DNA from: an uncultured Thermoleophilia bacterium
GTDB taxonomy: Bacteria > Actinomycetota > Thermoleophilia > Miltoncostaeales > Miltoncostaeaceae
Direction of reading: 5' to 3'
Assembly: GCA_947258365.1 (NCBI GenBank)
Contig: CAMYIK010000001.1
Coordinates: 1-40,134, forward strand
DNA: 40,134 nucleotides
Shown here: positions 1-8,727 of the stretch, in pieces
Position numbering within the stretch: position 1 is the stretch's first letter
How the letters are laid out: every line of letters starts with the position of its first letter
Notes under the pieces: model-generated
The model's input: the letters and a program-made list of their open reading frames with translations, nothing else
Told to the model about the DNA's origin: nothing
Databases searched by the model: none
Position numbers and translations under genes: made by a program

Positions 1-454
1 CGGGAAACCAGGTGTCCTCCTCGCCCGGGAAGAACGTGAACTCGCTGCGCCCGGGGCCGGTACGGAACGCGATTACCGCGTAGAGGTCGGCTTGGGCTGC
101 CATCTGAAGGAGTCGGTCGAGGCTCTCGACGGCGTCAACATCCAGAACGTAGGGCGCCTCCTCCGTGAACACGCCTGGGTGTGAGAGCTGGACGTAGTTG
201 GCGCCCGATGCCGAGAGGCGATCGAAGTCCTCTTGGACCAGCGGTGGACCGAAAGGGCCCGGGCCGAAGTAGTCCTGACCGTCGACTTCCTCGATGACCC
301 GACGCTGATGGACGTTCGCTCCCCGCAGGTGCGGACCATCGCGCCAGAGCGCGATGGGGTCTCCGGTGACGAACTCCTCCGGGCTCTCGTTATCGCAGGC
401 GACCAGAAGCGCCGCGACGAGCAACGCTAGTGCCAGGAACAGGTGGCGTGACAC
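1..454 (-). CDS. Lipoprotein, glycoside hydrolase family 5-like (tentative). Only the 5' part is present; the gene runs off the left edge.
   Basis: It is absent from the ORF track because it has no stop codon in the window. My translation of the minus strand from GTG 454..452 gives VSRHLFLALALLVAALLVAC-DNESPEEF..., a signal peptide with lipobox LVAC. It continues LRGANV...QEDFDRLSASGANYVQLSHPGVF...VESLDRLLQMAAQADLYAVIAFRTGPG, which resembles the N-terminal half of a GH5 TIM barrel. Third codon positions are G/C rich. The start abuts the argD stop (TGA 457..455). Confidence 0.5.
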   Translation of the reverse strand, partial: MSRHLFLALALLVAALLVACDNESPEEFVTGDPIALWRDGPHLRGANVHQRRVIEEVDGQDYFGPGPFGPPLVQEDFDRLSASGANYVQLSHPGVFTEEAPYVLDVDAVESLDRLLQMAAQADLYAVIAFRTGPGRSEFTFFPGEEDTWFP

Positions 455-1654
455 TCAGCCGAGGGCGGTGAGCACACGGCGAAGCGCATCAAGAAGGGCG
501 TCGATGTCGTCTTGGCCGATCACGAGTGGAGGGAGAAAGCGCACGGTGCGCGCACTGGTGTTATTACCGAGGAATCCCTCCGCCAGCAATCCACTGACGC
601 ACTGTTCTGCCTGCATTTTCTCCAGATCGATAGCGCACATGAGGCCCCTGCCGCGTGCCTCCGCGGCGAGGCCGTCCGCCACCAGCGCCTCGAGCCCGTC
701 AAGCAGTCGGCGCCCCATCGCACGCACATGCTCCTGCAGAGCGGGGTCCGCGAGCACCTCACATGCCGCGAGACCCGCTGCGCACGCCAGAGGACTTCCG
801 GCGAAGGTTGAACCGTGATCTCCCGGCTGAAGGACGTCGGCGTACTCGGGAGCAGCGACGACGGCTCCAATCGGCACGCCACCTCCAAGGCTTTTCGCGA
901 GGCACATCACGTCAGGGCGAATACCCGCGTCCTCATACGCAAAGAGCGGCCCGGTGCGCGCGAGGCCGGTTTGGATCTCGTCGATCACCAGCAGCGCCCC
1001 CGTCTCATCAGCGAGTTCGCGAGCTCGGCGGATCAATGCGTCGGAGACCGGCTTCACCCCGATCTCCCCCTGGACGATTTCGAGGAAGATGGCGCAGGTG
1101 CGCTCGTTCACCGCCATCTCGAGGCCTTCGACGTCATCGCGGTCGACGTGATGGACGCCGCTCACCAGCGGGAGGAAGGGCTCCTGCTTGCCGGGTTGAC
1201 CGGTCAACGAGAGCGCCCCGAACGTACGGCCGTGGAAGCCGTCATCGAGGGCAACGACCTCGGTGCGAGTGCCCTCTCCCGCCTTGCGGGAGAGCTTCAA
1301 CGCTCCCTCGGCAGCTTCCGCTCCGGAGTTGCAGAAGAAGACCTTCTCACCGAACGAGTTCGCCGTGATCCACTCGGCGAGTTGGATCTGCGGCTCGGTG
1401 TAGTAGAGGTTCGAGACGTTGATGAGCTGGCCCGCCTGCCGCTGAATCGCCTCGACGACGCGCGGGTGGCAGTGGCCGACGTTGATCATCGAGATCCCGG
1501 CCATGCAATCAACGTAGCGCCGGCCGGCCGCGTCGAACAGGTGAGCTCCTTCACCACGCACGAAGTGGACCGGCTGCCGCCCGTAGGTCGGCATGATGGC
1601 GGCCGCGGCGCGTGCGGCGAGCTGCTCATCCAATGCGGGTTTGCCTCGGCTCAC
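455..1654 (-). CDS. argD: Acetylornithine aminotransferase (class III PLP aminotransferase)
   Basis: The 399-aa ORF reads IMPTYGRQPVHFVRGEGAHLFDAAGRRYVDCMAGISMINVGHCHP...FFCNSGAEAAEGALKL...LLVIDEIQTGLARTG...KSLGGG. It is the last gene of an argC-J-B-D run. Its GTG start overlaps the argB stop (GTGA). Confidence 0.93.
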   Translation of the reverse strand: MSRGKPALDEQLAARAAAAIMPTYGRQPVHFVRGEGAHLFDAAGRRYVDCMAGISMINVGHCHPRVVEAIQRQAGQLINVSNLYYTEPQIQLAEWITANSFGEKVFFCNSGAEAAEGALKLSRKAGEGTRTEVVALDDGFHGRTFGALSLTGQPGKQEPFLPLVSGVHHVDRDDVEGLEMAVNERTCAIFLEIVQGEIGVKPVSDALIRRARELADETGALLVIDEIQTGLARTGPLFAYEDAGIRPDVMCLAKSLGGGVPIGAVVAAPEYADVLQPGDHGSTFAGSPLACAAGLAACEVLADPALQEHVRAMGRRLLDGLEALVADGLAAEARGRGLMCAIDLEKMQAEQCVSGLLAEGFLGNNTSARTVRFLPPLVIGQDDIDALLDALRRVLTALG

Positions 1655-2538
1655 CGGGTGATCATCGTGCCGATACCGGCTGCGGTCAGTAGCTCGATGA
1701 GAATCGAGTGCGCCATGCGTCCATCGATGATGTAGGCCGCAGGTACGCCACCCCTCAGCACGTCCCGCACGGCCTGGAGTTTCGGAATCATCCCCTTGCT
1801 CATGCCCCGCTTGAGCATGGCGTCGATCGTGGCCAAGTCGGTCCGGCTGATCAGCGAGGATGGATCGTCGACGTCGGCGAACAGCCCCTCGACGTCCGTC
1901 AGGAAGAGAACACGCTCGGCGCGGACAGCCTTGCCGAGTGCCGCGGCGACCGAATCGGCGTTGATTTTGTAGCTCTCGCCGCCGCCGCCGACACCAACCG
2001 ACGCCACGACGGGCACGAACTCGTCGCCAAGACGATCGAGCACCCGCGGATCGATCTGAGTGACCCGGCCAACCTGCCCGAGGTCGGCGGAGCCGCTTTC
2101 CACCTTCTCGGCGCGAATCAAGCCACCGTCGTCGCCGGCAAGCCCCACAGCCGCGACACCGGCCAAGGTCAACTGACCGACGATCTCCTTGTTGACCTTG
2201 CCAACCAAGACCATCTTGGCCAGCTCCATGGTCTGCGCGTCGGTGACGCGGAGTCCGTCGACGAACTTCACGTCGAGCCCGAGCCGGTCGGAGTAGGCGC
2301 TGATGTCCGGGCCGCCTCCGTGCACCACGATCGGCTTCATGCCGACGAGCTTCATCAGCGCGACATCGCGAGCGAAAGAGGCCTTCAGCTCCGGGGTGGT
2401 CATCGCCGCGCCGCCGTACTTGATCACGATCGTTGAGCCGTAGAACTGCTTGATGTACGGCAGGGCCTCTTGGAGCACCTCGACCCGGTGCCTGATCTCC
2501 TCGATCGAGGTCGCGTTTCTCATGGTGATGTCAGCCAT
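1651..2538 (-). CDS. argB: Acetylglutamate kinase
   Basis: The 295-aa ORF contains VIKYGGAAM, IVVHGGGP and a family-typical length. It lies between argJ and argD. Confidence 0.93.
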   Translation of the reverse strand: MADITMRNATSIEEIRHRVEVLQEALPYIKQFYGSTIVIKYGGAAMTTPELKASFARDVALMKLVGMKPIVVHGGGPDISAYSDRLGLDVKFVDGLRVTDAQTMELAKMVLVGKVNKEIVGQLTLAGVAAVGLAGDDGGLIRAEKVESGSADLGQVGRVTQIDPRVLDRLGDEFVPVVASVGVGGGGESYKINADSVAAALGKAVRAERVLFLTDVEGLFADVDDPSSLISRTDLATIDAMLKRGMSKGMIPKLQAVRDVLRGGVPAAYIIDGRMAHSILIELLTAAGIGTMITR

Positions 2539-2609
2539 CGGGGGCCCAAGTTAGCAACGCGACCCCCGTAGGATGCAGAAGCCGCAGCCGAGCGCCGCTC
2601 AAGCGGCCG

Positions 2610-3755
2610 CTACGTGTGGTACTCGGCGTTGAGCTCCACATAGGCATAGCTCAGATCCGAAACCCACAGCTCAGCGCTCGCATCCCCCCTGCCAAGTGCC
2701 ACCCCGAGGTCGTACTCCGCACGTTCGAGGGTCGCCATGACCCCGACGGAGTCGGCCGGCGCGTCATCGAAGGTGAGCCGCGGCTCATGGACCTGGCCTG
2801 AGGCACCGGCAAGCGCCTGGCCAACGGCCTGGCTGACCCGACCCCAGTTCGGATCGCGCCCAAAGATCGCGGTCTTGATCAGCGGTGAGCCCCCGACATG
2901 GCGGGCGACGTGCTCGGCCTCGGCAGCATCCGCTGCTTCGGTGATCCGCACGCGTACGGCGTGCCCCGCCCCCTCGCCATCTTTGACCATCTGGATCGCC
3001 ATCCAGCGACAGACCGCCGTGAGGGCGGCGGCGAAGCGCTCAAGATTGGCTCCCTCGAGGGGATCGCCCGTGCCGCCGGCAAACACCATCAGCGTGTCAC
3101 TGGGGCTCATTTGGCCGTCGACGCTGATGCGGTTGAACGAACCCACTGCGGCTGCCGCGGTGATCCGGCCGAGATCATCCGTCTCGATACGGGCGTCGGT
3201 CGTGACGTAGGCGAGCATCGTCGCCATGTCCGGGTTGATCATTCCGGCGCCCTTGGCCGCGGCTCCGATCACCACATCTGCGCCCGAGAGCAAAAGACGG
3301 AACGCACCGCCCTTCGGTGCGCGATCGGTCGTGCAAATGGCGCGGTTGAAGTCTTCGCCCCCATCCCCCGACCGACTCGCCACCGCGTCAGCGATTCCCG
3401 GCAGGACTCTTTCGAGGTCCAGACGGTCTCCGATGGTGCCCGTGCTGCAGACGGCCAGGGTTCCGGCTGGAAGGTCTAGGAGCCCCTCAGCGTGAGCGGT
3501 CATCTTGGCCGCGTCGTCCTGTCCGGGTGACCCCGTGGCCGCGTTGGCGCTTCCCGCGTTTACGACCACCCCGCGCAATGCGCTCGGGTCGAGGCTACGG
3601 GTATGAACGACGGCGGCGGACGGGAGCGCCGAGGTGGTGTCGACCAATGCGGAGGTGCAGGCGCCCTCGCAAGCCAACACGCCGACATCGAGCGCGCCCG
3701 AGGTCTTCAGGCCGCAGGCGGCGGAGCCGGCCACGAAGCCGGCAGGCGTGGTCAC
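2610..3755 (-). CDS. argJ: Bifunctional ornithine acetyltransferase / N-acetylglutamate synthase
   Basis: The 381-aa ORF contains the autoproteolysis region PDMATMLAYVTTDA, plus CTTDRAPKG and IFGRDPNWGR. Confidence 0.93.
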   Translation of the reverse strand: MTTPAGFVAGSAACGLKTSGALDVGVLACEGACTSALVDTTSALPSAAVVHTRSLDPSALRGVVVNAGSANAATGSPGQDDAAKMTAHAEGLLDLPAGTLAVCSTGTIGDRLDLERVLPGIADAVASRSGDGGEDFNRAICTTDRAPKGGAFRLLLSGADVVIGAAAKGAGMINPDMATMLAYVTTDARIETDDLGRITAAAAVGSFNRISVDGQMSPSDTLMVFAGGTGDPLEGANLERFAAALTAVCRWMAIQMVKDGEGAGHAVRVRITEAADAAEAEHVARHVGGSPLIKTAIFGRDPNWGRVSQAVGQALAGASGQVHEPRLTFDDAPADSVGVMATLERAEYDLGVALGRGDASAELWVSDLSYAYVELNAEYHT

Positions 3756-3826
3756 AGAGCCGCCGGGAACCAGGGTCAGGCCATCCGGGGCCCGCAGCCA
3801 GTCCGAACGCTCGACCGGAGGGAAGC

Positions 3827-4810
3827 TCAGAGCAGGCCCTCGGTCTCGGGCCGACCGGCCATCAGGTTGAAGTTCTGCACAGCCTGACCGGCGGCACCCT
3901 TCATCAGGTTGTCAAGCACCGAGAACACGGCGACCCGCTCGCCATCCGGCGATAGCAGCGGACACACCTGAGCGAAGTTCGTGTGCTGCACCGCCCGCAT
4001 CGTCGGCGGCGCGAGAACCGGTTCGACGAAAGGATGTTCCTCGTAGAAGTCCGCGTAGCGAGCATCGAGTGTCGCCTGATCGGGAATGGCTTCACGATCC
4101 ACGCGGGCATAGGAGGAACACATCAGTCCTCGGTCCACCGGCAGCAAGTGCGGGGTGAAAAGCAGATCCTGGCCGAGCTCCTGCGCGATCTCCGGCTGGT
4201 GCCGGTGCGCGAACACCTTGTAGGGCGAAATGCTGTCGGTGATGTTCGAGAAGTGAACGGCAGACGTCGGCGTGCGGCCGGCGCCACTGACCCCGCTCTT
4301 GGCATCGATGACGACATCGGAGATCTCGCGGCAGATTGGCAGGAGCCCGAGCAGCGCGGTCTCCGGATAGCAGCCGGGATTCGCGACCAGCTGAGCCTCC
4401 ACGATCTTGTCGCGGTAGAGCTCGGGCAATCCGTAGACCGCGATCTCCAACAGATCCGGACGCGGGTGCTCGAAGCCGTAGTGAGCCGGATAGGCGGCGG
4501 GGTCCCGCAGGCGGTGGTCCGCTGACACGTCGACGACGCGGACGCCCTTGTCGACCAGCGGGCCAACAACCGCTGCCGCTTCGGCGTGCGGGTAACAGAC
4601 AGCGGCGAAGTCGTCCGGCGTGATGGCCGCCATATCCAGCTCGCTCAGCCGGCGCCCAACCCGATACTCCGGCGTGACGTCGACCAGGTGCTTACCCGCC
4701 TCGCTGCGCGAGGTGATCTGGCCGAGCTCGAAGTACGGATGCTCGTTGACGAGTGCGGCCAGTTGCGCGCCGGCGAAACCGGCGGCTCCGATGACATGGA
4801 TCTTGCTCAC
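3827..4810 (-). CDS. argC: N-acetyl-gamma-glutamyl-phosphate reductase
   Basis: The 327-aa ORF has the N-terminal GAAGFAG Rossmann motif and the active-site motif ANPGCYPE. Its GTG start overlaps the pheT stop (GTGA at 4807..4810). Confidence 0.93.
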   Translation of the reverse strand: MSKIHVIGAAGFAGAQLAALVNEHPYFELGQITSRSEAGKHLVDVTPEYRVGRRLSELDMAAITPDDFAAVCYPHAEAAAVVGPLVDKGVRVVDVSADHRLRDPAAYPAHYGFEHPRPDLLEIAVYGLPELYRDKIVEAQLVANPGCYPETALLGLLPICREISDVVIDAKSGVSGAGRTPTSAVHFSNITDSISPYKVFAHRHQPEIAQELGQDLLFTPHLLPVDRGLMCSSYARVDREAIPDQATLDARYADFYEEHPFVEPVLAPPTMRAVQHTNFAQVCPLLSPDGERVAVFSVLDNLMKGAAGQAVQNFNLMAGRPETEGLL

Positions 4811-7230
4811 GCGCGGAGAGTAGCGCCGAGCTCCGTCTCCAGGGCCGCTGCCACTGCCTGAACCTGGGCGTCGATCTCATCCTCGTTCAAGGTCTTGCCC
4901 GGATCGGCGATGGTCAGGCGAAGAGCAAGGCTGACTTTGCCCTCGGGTACCTGGTCTCCGGCGTAGCGATCGAAGACATACGCATCCCGCACCAGTTTCG
5001 CCGCGGCACTAGCGACCTCCGGTAGCCGCGCGGCCGGGACCTCGTCGGAAACGACGAGCGCGAGATCGCGTCGGGAGACCGGCACGGTCACAAGATCCTC
5101 GAAATGGACCGACTCCCCCGGACTGGCGGCCTGCAGCGCGGCGAGGTCCAAGACAACGGCGGCGCCGGGACCACGCACACCGAACTCATCGAGGACGAGC
5201 GGATGGACCTCTCCGGCCCAACCGATCACGTCATCACCACTTTGCAGACGAGCCTGGCGAGCGGGATGGAAGTACGGCGCGGCGTTGGGATGGGCTTGCA
5301 GCCGGACTCGAACCGTGGCCGCCAGGTCTTCGATGAGACCCTTTGCCCTAAAGAAGTCGACCGGTCTCGGCTCGGCCCGCCAGTGATCCTTCTCGCTCGA
5401 GCCGAACATCAGGGCGGCGAACCACTCACGCTCCTGCGCGAGCCCCTCCTCGGCGGGAGCGTAGGTGCGTCCGAACTCGAACAGGCCGCCGTGCGCCTGC
5501 TGATGGGCTTGATTGTGAGCGGCCGCACGCAGGAGGCCCGGCAGCATCGAACGGCGAAGGACGCCCATTTCCTCACTCAGAGGATGCGCGAGCCGAATCA
5601 CGTCGCGGCGCGGATCATCGTCGGCCATGCGAAGCCGATCGGCGTCGGTCTCCGGAACCATGGAGTAGGTGATGGCCTGACTCAATCCGAGGTCGGCGGC
5701 GCGTCTGGCGAGGCGCTCCTTGATCTGCTGAGCATCGGTACGCCGACCCCGGCCGGCGATGCGAGGCAGCCGAGGGGTGATGCGGTCATAGCGCCGCACC
5801 CGGCCCACCTCTTCGATGAGATCAGCCTCCCGCGTCAAATCGCTCGCACGGAAGTACGGGACGCTGACGCGATGAGCGCTCTCGCCCTCTTCTACTTCAC
5901 ACTCGAGACGTCGGAGAATGGCCGCCGACTCGGCCGGGTCGACCTCGTCCCCGAGGAGGAGGTTCGCGCGGACGTGCCGCATTTCTATCGCGTCCGGCTC
6001 CTGCTGAGGCTCGTATGCATCAAGCGTGCCGGAGACCATCTTGGCGCCACAGAGCTCGACGAACAACCGGGATGCGGTCGTCATGCCGACCTGCGTCAAC
6101 TGCGGCGGCAGACCCTTTTCGAAACGACCACTGGACTCGGTGCGGAGTCCAAGCGCAAGTGAGGTATTGAGGATGGTCGGACCGTCGAAGTTGGCCGCCT
6201 CCAACAAGACGCGAGTCGTACCGTCGTGCACTTCCACATCGGCGGCTCCCATGATTCCGGCGATGACCGCGGGTCGGTCGGCGTCGCAGATCGCGAGCAT
6301 CGATGGATTGAGCGTGCGTTCGACGTCGTCGAGCGTTACAACCTTCTCGGCCTCAGTAGCTCGGCGCACGACGATCGCCGGTCCCGCCATGCGCTCGAGA
6401 TCGAAGGCATGCAGCGGCTGGCCGGTCAACAGCATCACGTAGTTGGTGATGTCCACGACGTTCGAGATCGGGCGCATTCCGGCGGCCTCGATGCGCTGAC
6501 GCAACCATGCCGGGGACGGAGCGACCTTCACGTCCTCGAAGACGCGGGCCATGTAGCGAGGGCAAAGGTCCGGCGCCTCGACCGTGAGTGAGACGTGGTC
6601 GCCCACCTGCCCTGTACCCGAGGCGTCGGGTTCGCTCAGATCCAGCGGGCGAAACTCGGTGTCGAGGATTGCCGAGACCTCACGGGCCATCCCGACAACG
6701 CTCTGACAGTCCTGGCGGTTGGAGGTCAACTCCAACTCGAGGATCGCCTCCGATATTCCCGGGATCGTCTCGACAAGACGATCACCCGGCGCCGCATCGA
6801 TATCGAGCACCATGATGCCGTCGGCCTCGGCGCCGAGCTCCAGCTCGACCTCGCTGCAAATCATTCCGTGGCTCTCGACACCACGCAGCTTGGCCTTCTT
6901 GATCTTCATGCCGCCCGGCATCACCGCGCCAGGAAGGGCCACCGGCACCAGTTGACCGGCCGCGACATTCGGCGCGCCACAGACGATCTGGCGGAGCTCA
7001 TCCTCCCCTGCATCGACGCTGCAGACGCGAAGTCGATCGGCATCGGGATGAGGTTCTGCCGCCTTCACCAAACCCACGACGAACGCGTCGGCGTTGGCGG
7101 TCGCCGGCGGGATGCCTCGCTGATGCACCGCCTCCACAGCGGTACCGGTCAGGTTCAGCTCGTCCGCGAGCTGCTCCGGAGACAGTTCGAAGTCGGCGTG
7201 ATCAGCGAGCCAACTGAGCGGCAGCCTCAT
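4807..7230 (-). CDS. pheT: Phenylalanine--tRNA ligase beta subunit
   Basis: The 807-aa ORF has an N-terminal tRNA-binding domain (VVGLVKAAEPHPDADRLRVCSVDAGE...VCGAPNV) and B3/4 and B5 regions. It lies immediately downstream of pheS with a 4-nt overlap. Confidence 0.95.
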   Translation of the reverse strand: MRLPLSWLADHADFELSPEQLADELNLTGTAVEAVHQRGIPPATANADAFVVGLVKAAEPHPDADRLRVCSVDAGEDELRQIVCGAPNVAAGQLVPVALPGAVMPGGMKIKKAKLRGVESHGMICSEVELELGAEADGIMVLDIDAAPGDRLVETIPGISEAILELELTSNRQDCQSVVGMAREVSAILDTEFRPLDLSEPDASGTGQVGDHVSLTVEAPDLCPRYMARVFEDVKVAPSPAWLRQRIEAAGMRPISNVVDITNYVMLLTGQPLHAFDLERMAGPAIVVRRATEAEKVVTLDDVERTLNPSMLAICDADRPAVIAGIMGAADVEVHDGTTRVLLEAANFDGPTILNTSLALGLRTESSGRFEKGLPPQLTQVGMTTASRLFVELCGAKMVSGTLDAYEPQQEPDAIEMRHVRANLLLGDEVDPAESAAILRRLECEVEEGESAHRVSVPYFRASDLTREADLIEEVGRVRRYDRITPRLPRIAGRGRRTDAQQIKERLARRAADLGLSQAITYSMVPETDADRLRMADDDPRRDVIRLAHPLSEEMGVLRRSMLPGLLRAAAHNQAHQQAHGGLFEFGRTYAPAEEGLAQEREWFAALMFGSSEKDHWRAEPRPVDFFRAKGLIEDLAATVRVRLQAHPNAAPYFHPARQARLQSGDDVIGWAGEVHPLVLDEFGVRGPGAAVVLDLAALQAASPGESVHFEDLVTVPVSRRDLALVVSDEVPAARLPEVASAAAKLVRDAYVFDRYAGDQVPEGKVSLALRLTIADPGKTLNEDEIDAQVQAVAAALETELGATLRA

Positions 7231-8240
7231 GAGAACTGCCCCAAGAAGCGGAGGTCGCTTTCGTACATCAAGCGCAAATCGGGGACGCCGTGGCGGACCA
7301 TGGCGATTCGGTCAAGACCCAGCCCGAACGCGAAACCGGTCCAGCGCTCGGAGTCGTAGCCGGCGCCCTCGATGACGTTGGGATCGACAACCCCTGCGCC
7401 GAGCAGCTCGAGCCACGTCGCGCGGCCACGCTTGTCGGTCCAACGGACGTGCACCTCGATGGAGGGCTCGGTAAAGGGGAAGAAGTGAGGCTGGATCCGC
7501 GATTCGAGACTCTCGCCGAAGAACTCCGTGATGAAGTGCTGGAGCGTGCCGATCAGATCCGCCATCCCGAGCCCCTCGTCAATGGCGAGGCCCTCGAGCT
7601 GGTGGAACATCGGGCTGTGGGTCGCATCCACATCGTCGCGCCGATACACGGTGCCAGGGGCGATCAGGTAGATCGGCGGCTCCTGTGCCTCCATAGCGCG
7701 GACCTGAACCGGAGAGGTCTGAGGTCGGAGCGCGGTCTTGTGGCCACCCTCGATGTAGAGGGTGTCGCTCATGCTTCTCGCGGGGTGGCCCTCCGGCGTA
7801 TTGAGCGCCGTGAAGTTGTGGTGATCGGTCTCCACCTCGGGCCCGTCGGCAATCGCGTAGCCCATGCCGAGAAAGATGTCCTCGATTTCCCGGCGCACCT
7901 GCATGATCGGATGCAGCGCCCCTACGTCTCGCCGATCTCCGGGCAGGGTGATGTCGACCCGCTCCTCATCGAGGCGCGAGGCCAGCGCCTGCGCCTGGAT
8001 GGCGGTGGTGCGCTCCTCGAGCGCGGACTCGATGGCCTTGCGTGCGGTGTTGCCCGCCTTGCCGACTTCACCACGCTGCTCCGGCGGCAAGGAACCAATA
8101 CCGGCCAGCGCCTCGGCCAGCGGACTCTTCCGCCCGGTGTGCGCGACCCGGGCAGCCTCGATGTCGTCAGGCGTGGCGGCAGCGGCGATCGCGGCAACCG
8201 CCTGGCGCTCGATTTCCTGGAGATCTCCGGCCGAACTCAC
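7227..8240 (-). CDS. pheS: Phenylalanine--tRNA ligase alpha subunit
   Basis: The 337-aa ORF has class II synthetase core motifs: HPARSMSDTLYI, PGTVYRRD, FHQLEG, FFPFTEPS and GFAFGLGLDRIAM. Confidence 0.95.
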   Translation of the reverse strand: MSSAGDLQEIERQAVAAIAAAATPDDIEAARVAHTGRKSPLAEALAGIGSLPPEQRGEVGKAGNTARKAIESALEERTTAIQAQALASRLDEERVDITLPGDRRDVGALHPIMQVRREIEDIFLGMGYAIADGPEVETDHHNFTALNTPEGHPARSMSDTLYIEGGHKTALRPQTSPVQVRAMEAQEPPIYLIAPGTVYRRDDVDATHSPMFHQLEGLAIDEGLGMADLIGTLQHFITEFFGESLESRIQPHFFPFTEPSIEVHVRWTDKRGRATWLELLGAGVVDPNVIEGAGYDSERWTGFAFGLGLDRIAMVRHGVPDLRLMYESDLRFLGQFS

Positions 8241-8291
8241 GGCCGATGAGGCTACAACAGCCGACCGCCTGCATCGGCGGTGAAAACGCCC

Positions 8292-8492
8292 CTAGACGCG
8301 CTCGGTTTCCCGGCTGCCGAGGGCGGCCTCAGGTGCCGGCTCCTCGACGATCTCGCCATCGTTGAGGCCTGAGCGGAACTCACGCAGGCTCCGGCCGAGT
8401 CCGCGACCCATCTCCGGCAGGCGCTTTGCGCCAAACAGAAGCAGGGCGAGCACCAGGACGATCAGGATCTGAGTTGGGCTGAGACCCATCAT
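8292..8492 (-). CDS. tatA: Sec-independent (twin-arginine) translocase subunit TatA/E
   Basis: The 66-aa ORF reads MMGLSPTQILIVLVLALLLFGAKRLPEMGRGLGRSLREF: one TM helix, the FG..KLP hinge, and an amphipathic, acidic tail. Confidence 0.85.
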   Translation of the reverse strand: MMGLSPTQILIVLVLALLLFGAKRLPEMGRGLGRSLREFRSGLNDGEIVEEPAPEAALGSRETERV

Positions 8493-8727
8493 CGGGGACC
8501 TCCAAAGGTTGAATGCCCCGCGATCTTGGCGGTCGACGCCGGGCGCAACGCGGTTGTCGCGTTTTCCTTACAGGCGCGTCCAGGAAACCGAACCCACTCG
8601 TCGCCCCACACGTCCACAGGCGTAACTCGCCATGATCGCCGCCTGACCCACGGAATTTATGGAAAAAACGTCATTTAGTGTATGGATCGACGTCAACGCC
8701 TCTTCCCCCATCGGAGGACTCCCCCAG

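Noticed and set aside
655-1735. Long plus-strand ORFs (655..1368 at 237 aa, 815..1735 at 306 aa) antisense to argD/argB. There are many similar cases, e.g. 5104..6162 +, 7290..8249 +, 8737..9786 -, 10519..11190 -, 15237..16289 +, 15553..16995 -, 18456..19427 -, 26779..27720 +, 35053..35976 + and 37039..37761 +.
   Set aside because: These are shadow ORFs typical of very GC-rich DNA. Their translations are Arg/Pro/Gly/Ala-rich with no motifs. Each lies opposite to, or out of frame with, a gene that has unambiguous family signatures.
8241-8291. Possible T-box or other leader upstream of pheS, and possible riboswitches (e.g. c-di-GMP) upstream of the vWA-RTX or Lys-rich genes
   Set aside because: The pheS upstream spacer is only about 50 bp and contains just a short hairpin. 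I could not recognise T-box specifier/antiterminator or GEMM-like conserved cores by eye in 8493..8727 or 21266..21409. A covariance-model scan would be needed to be sure.
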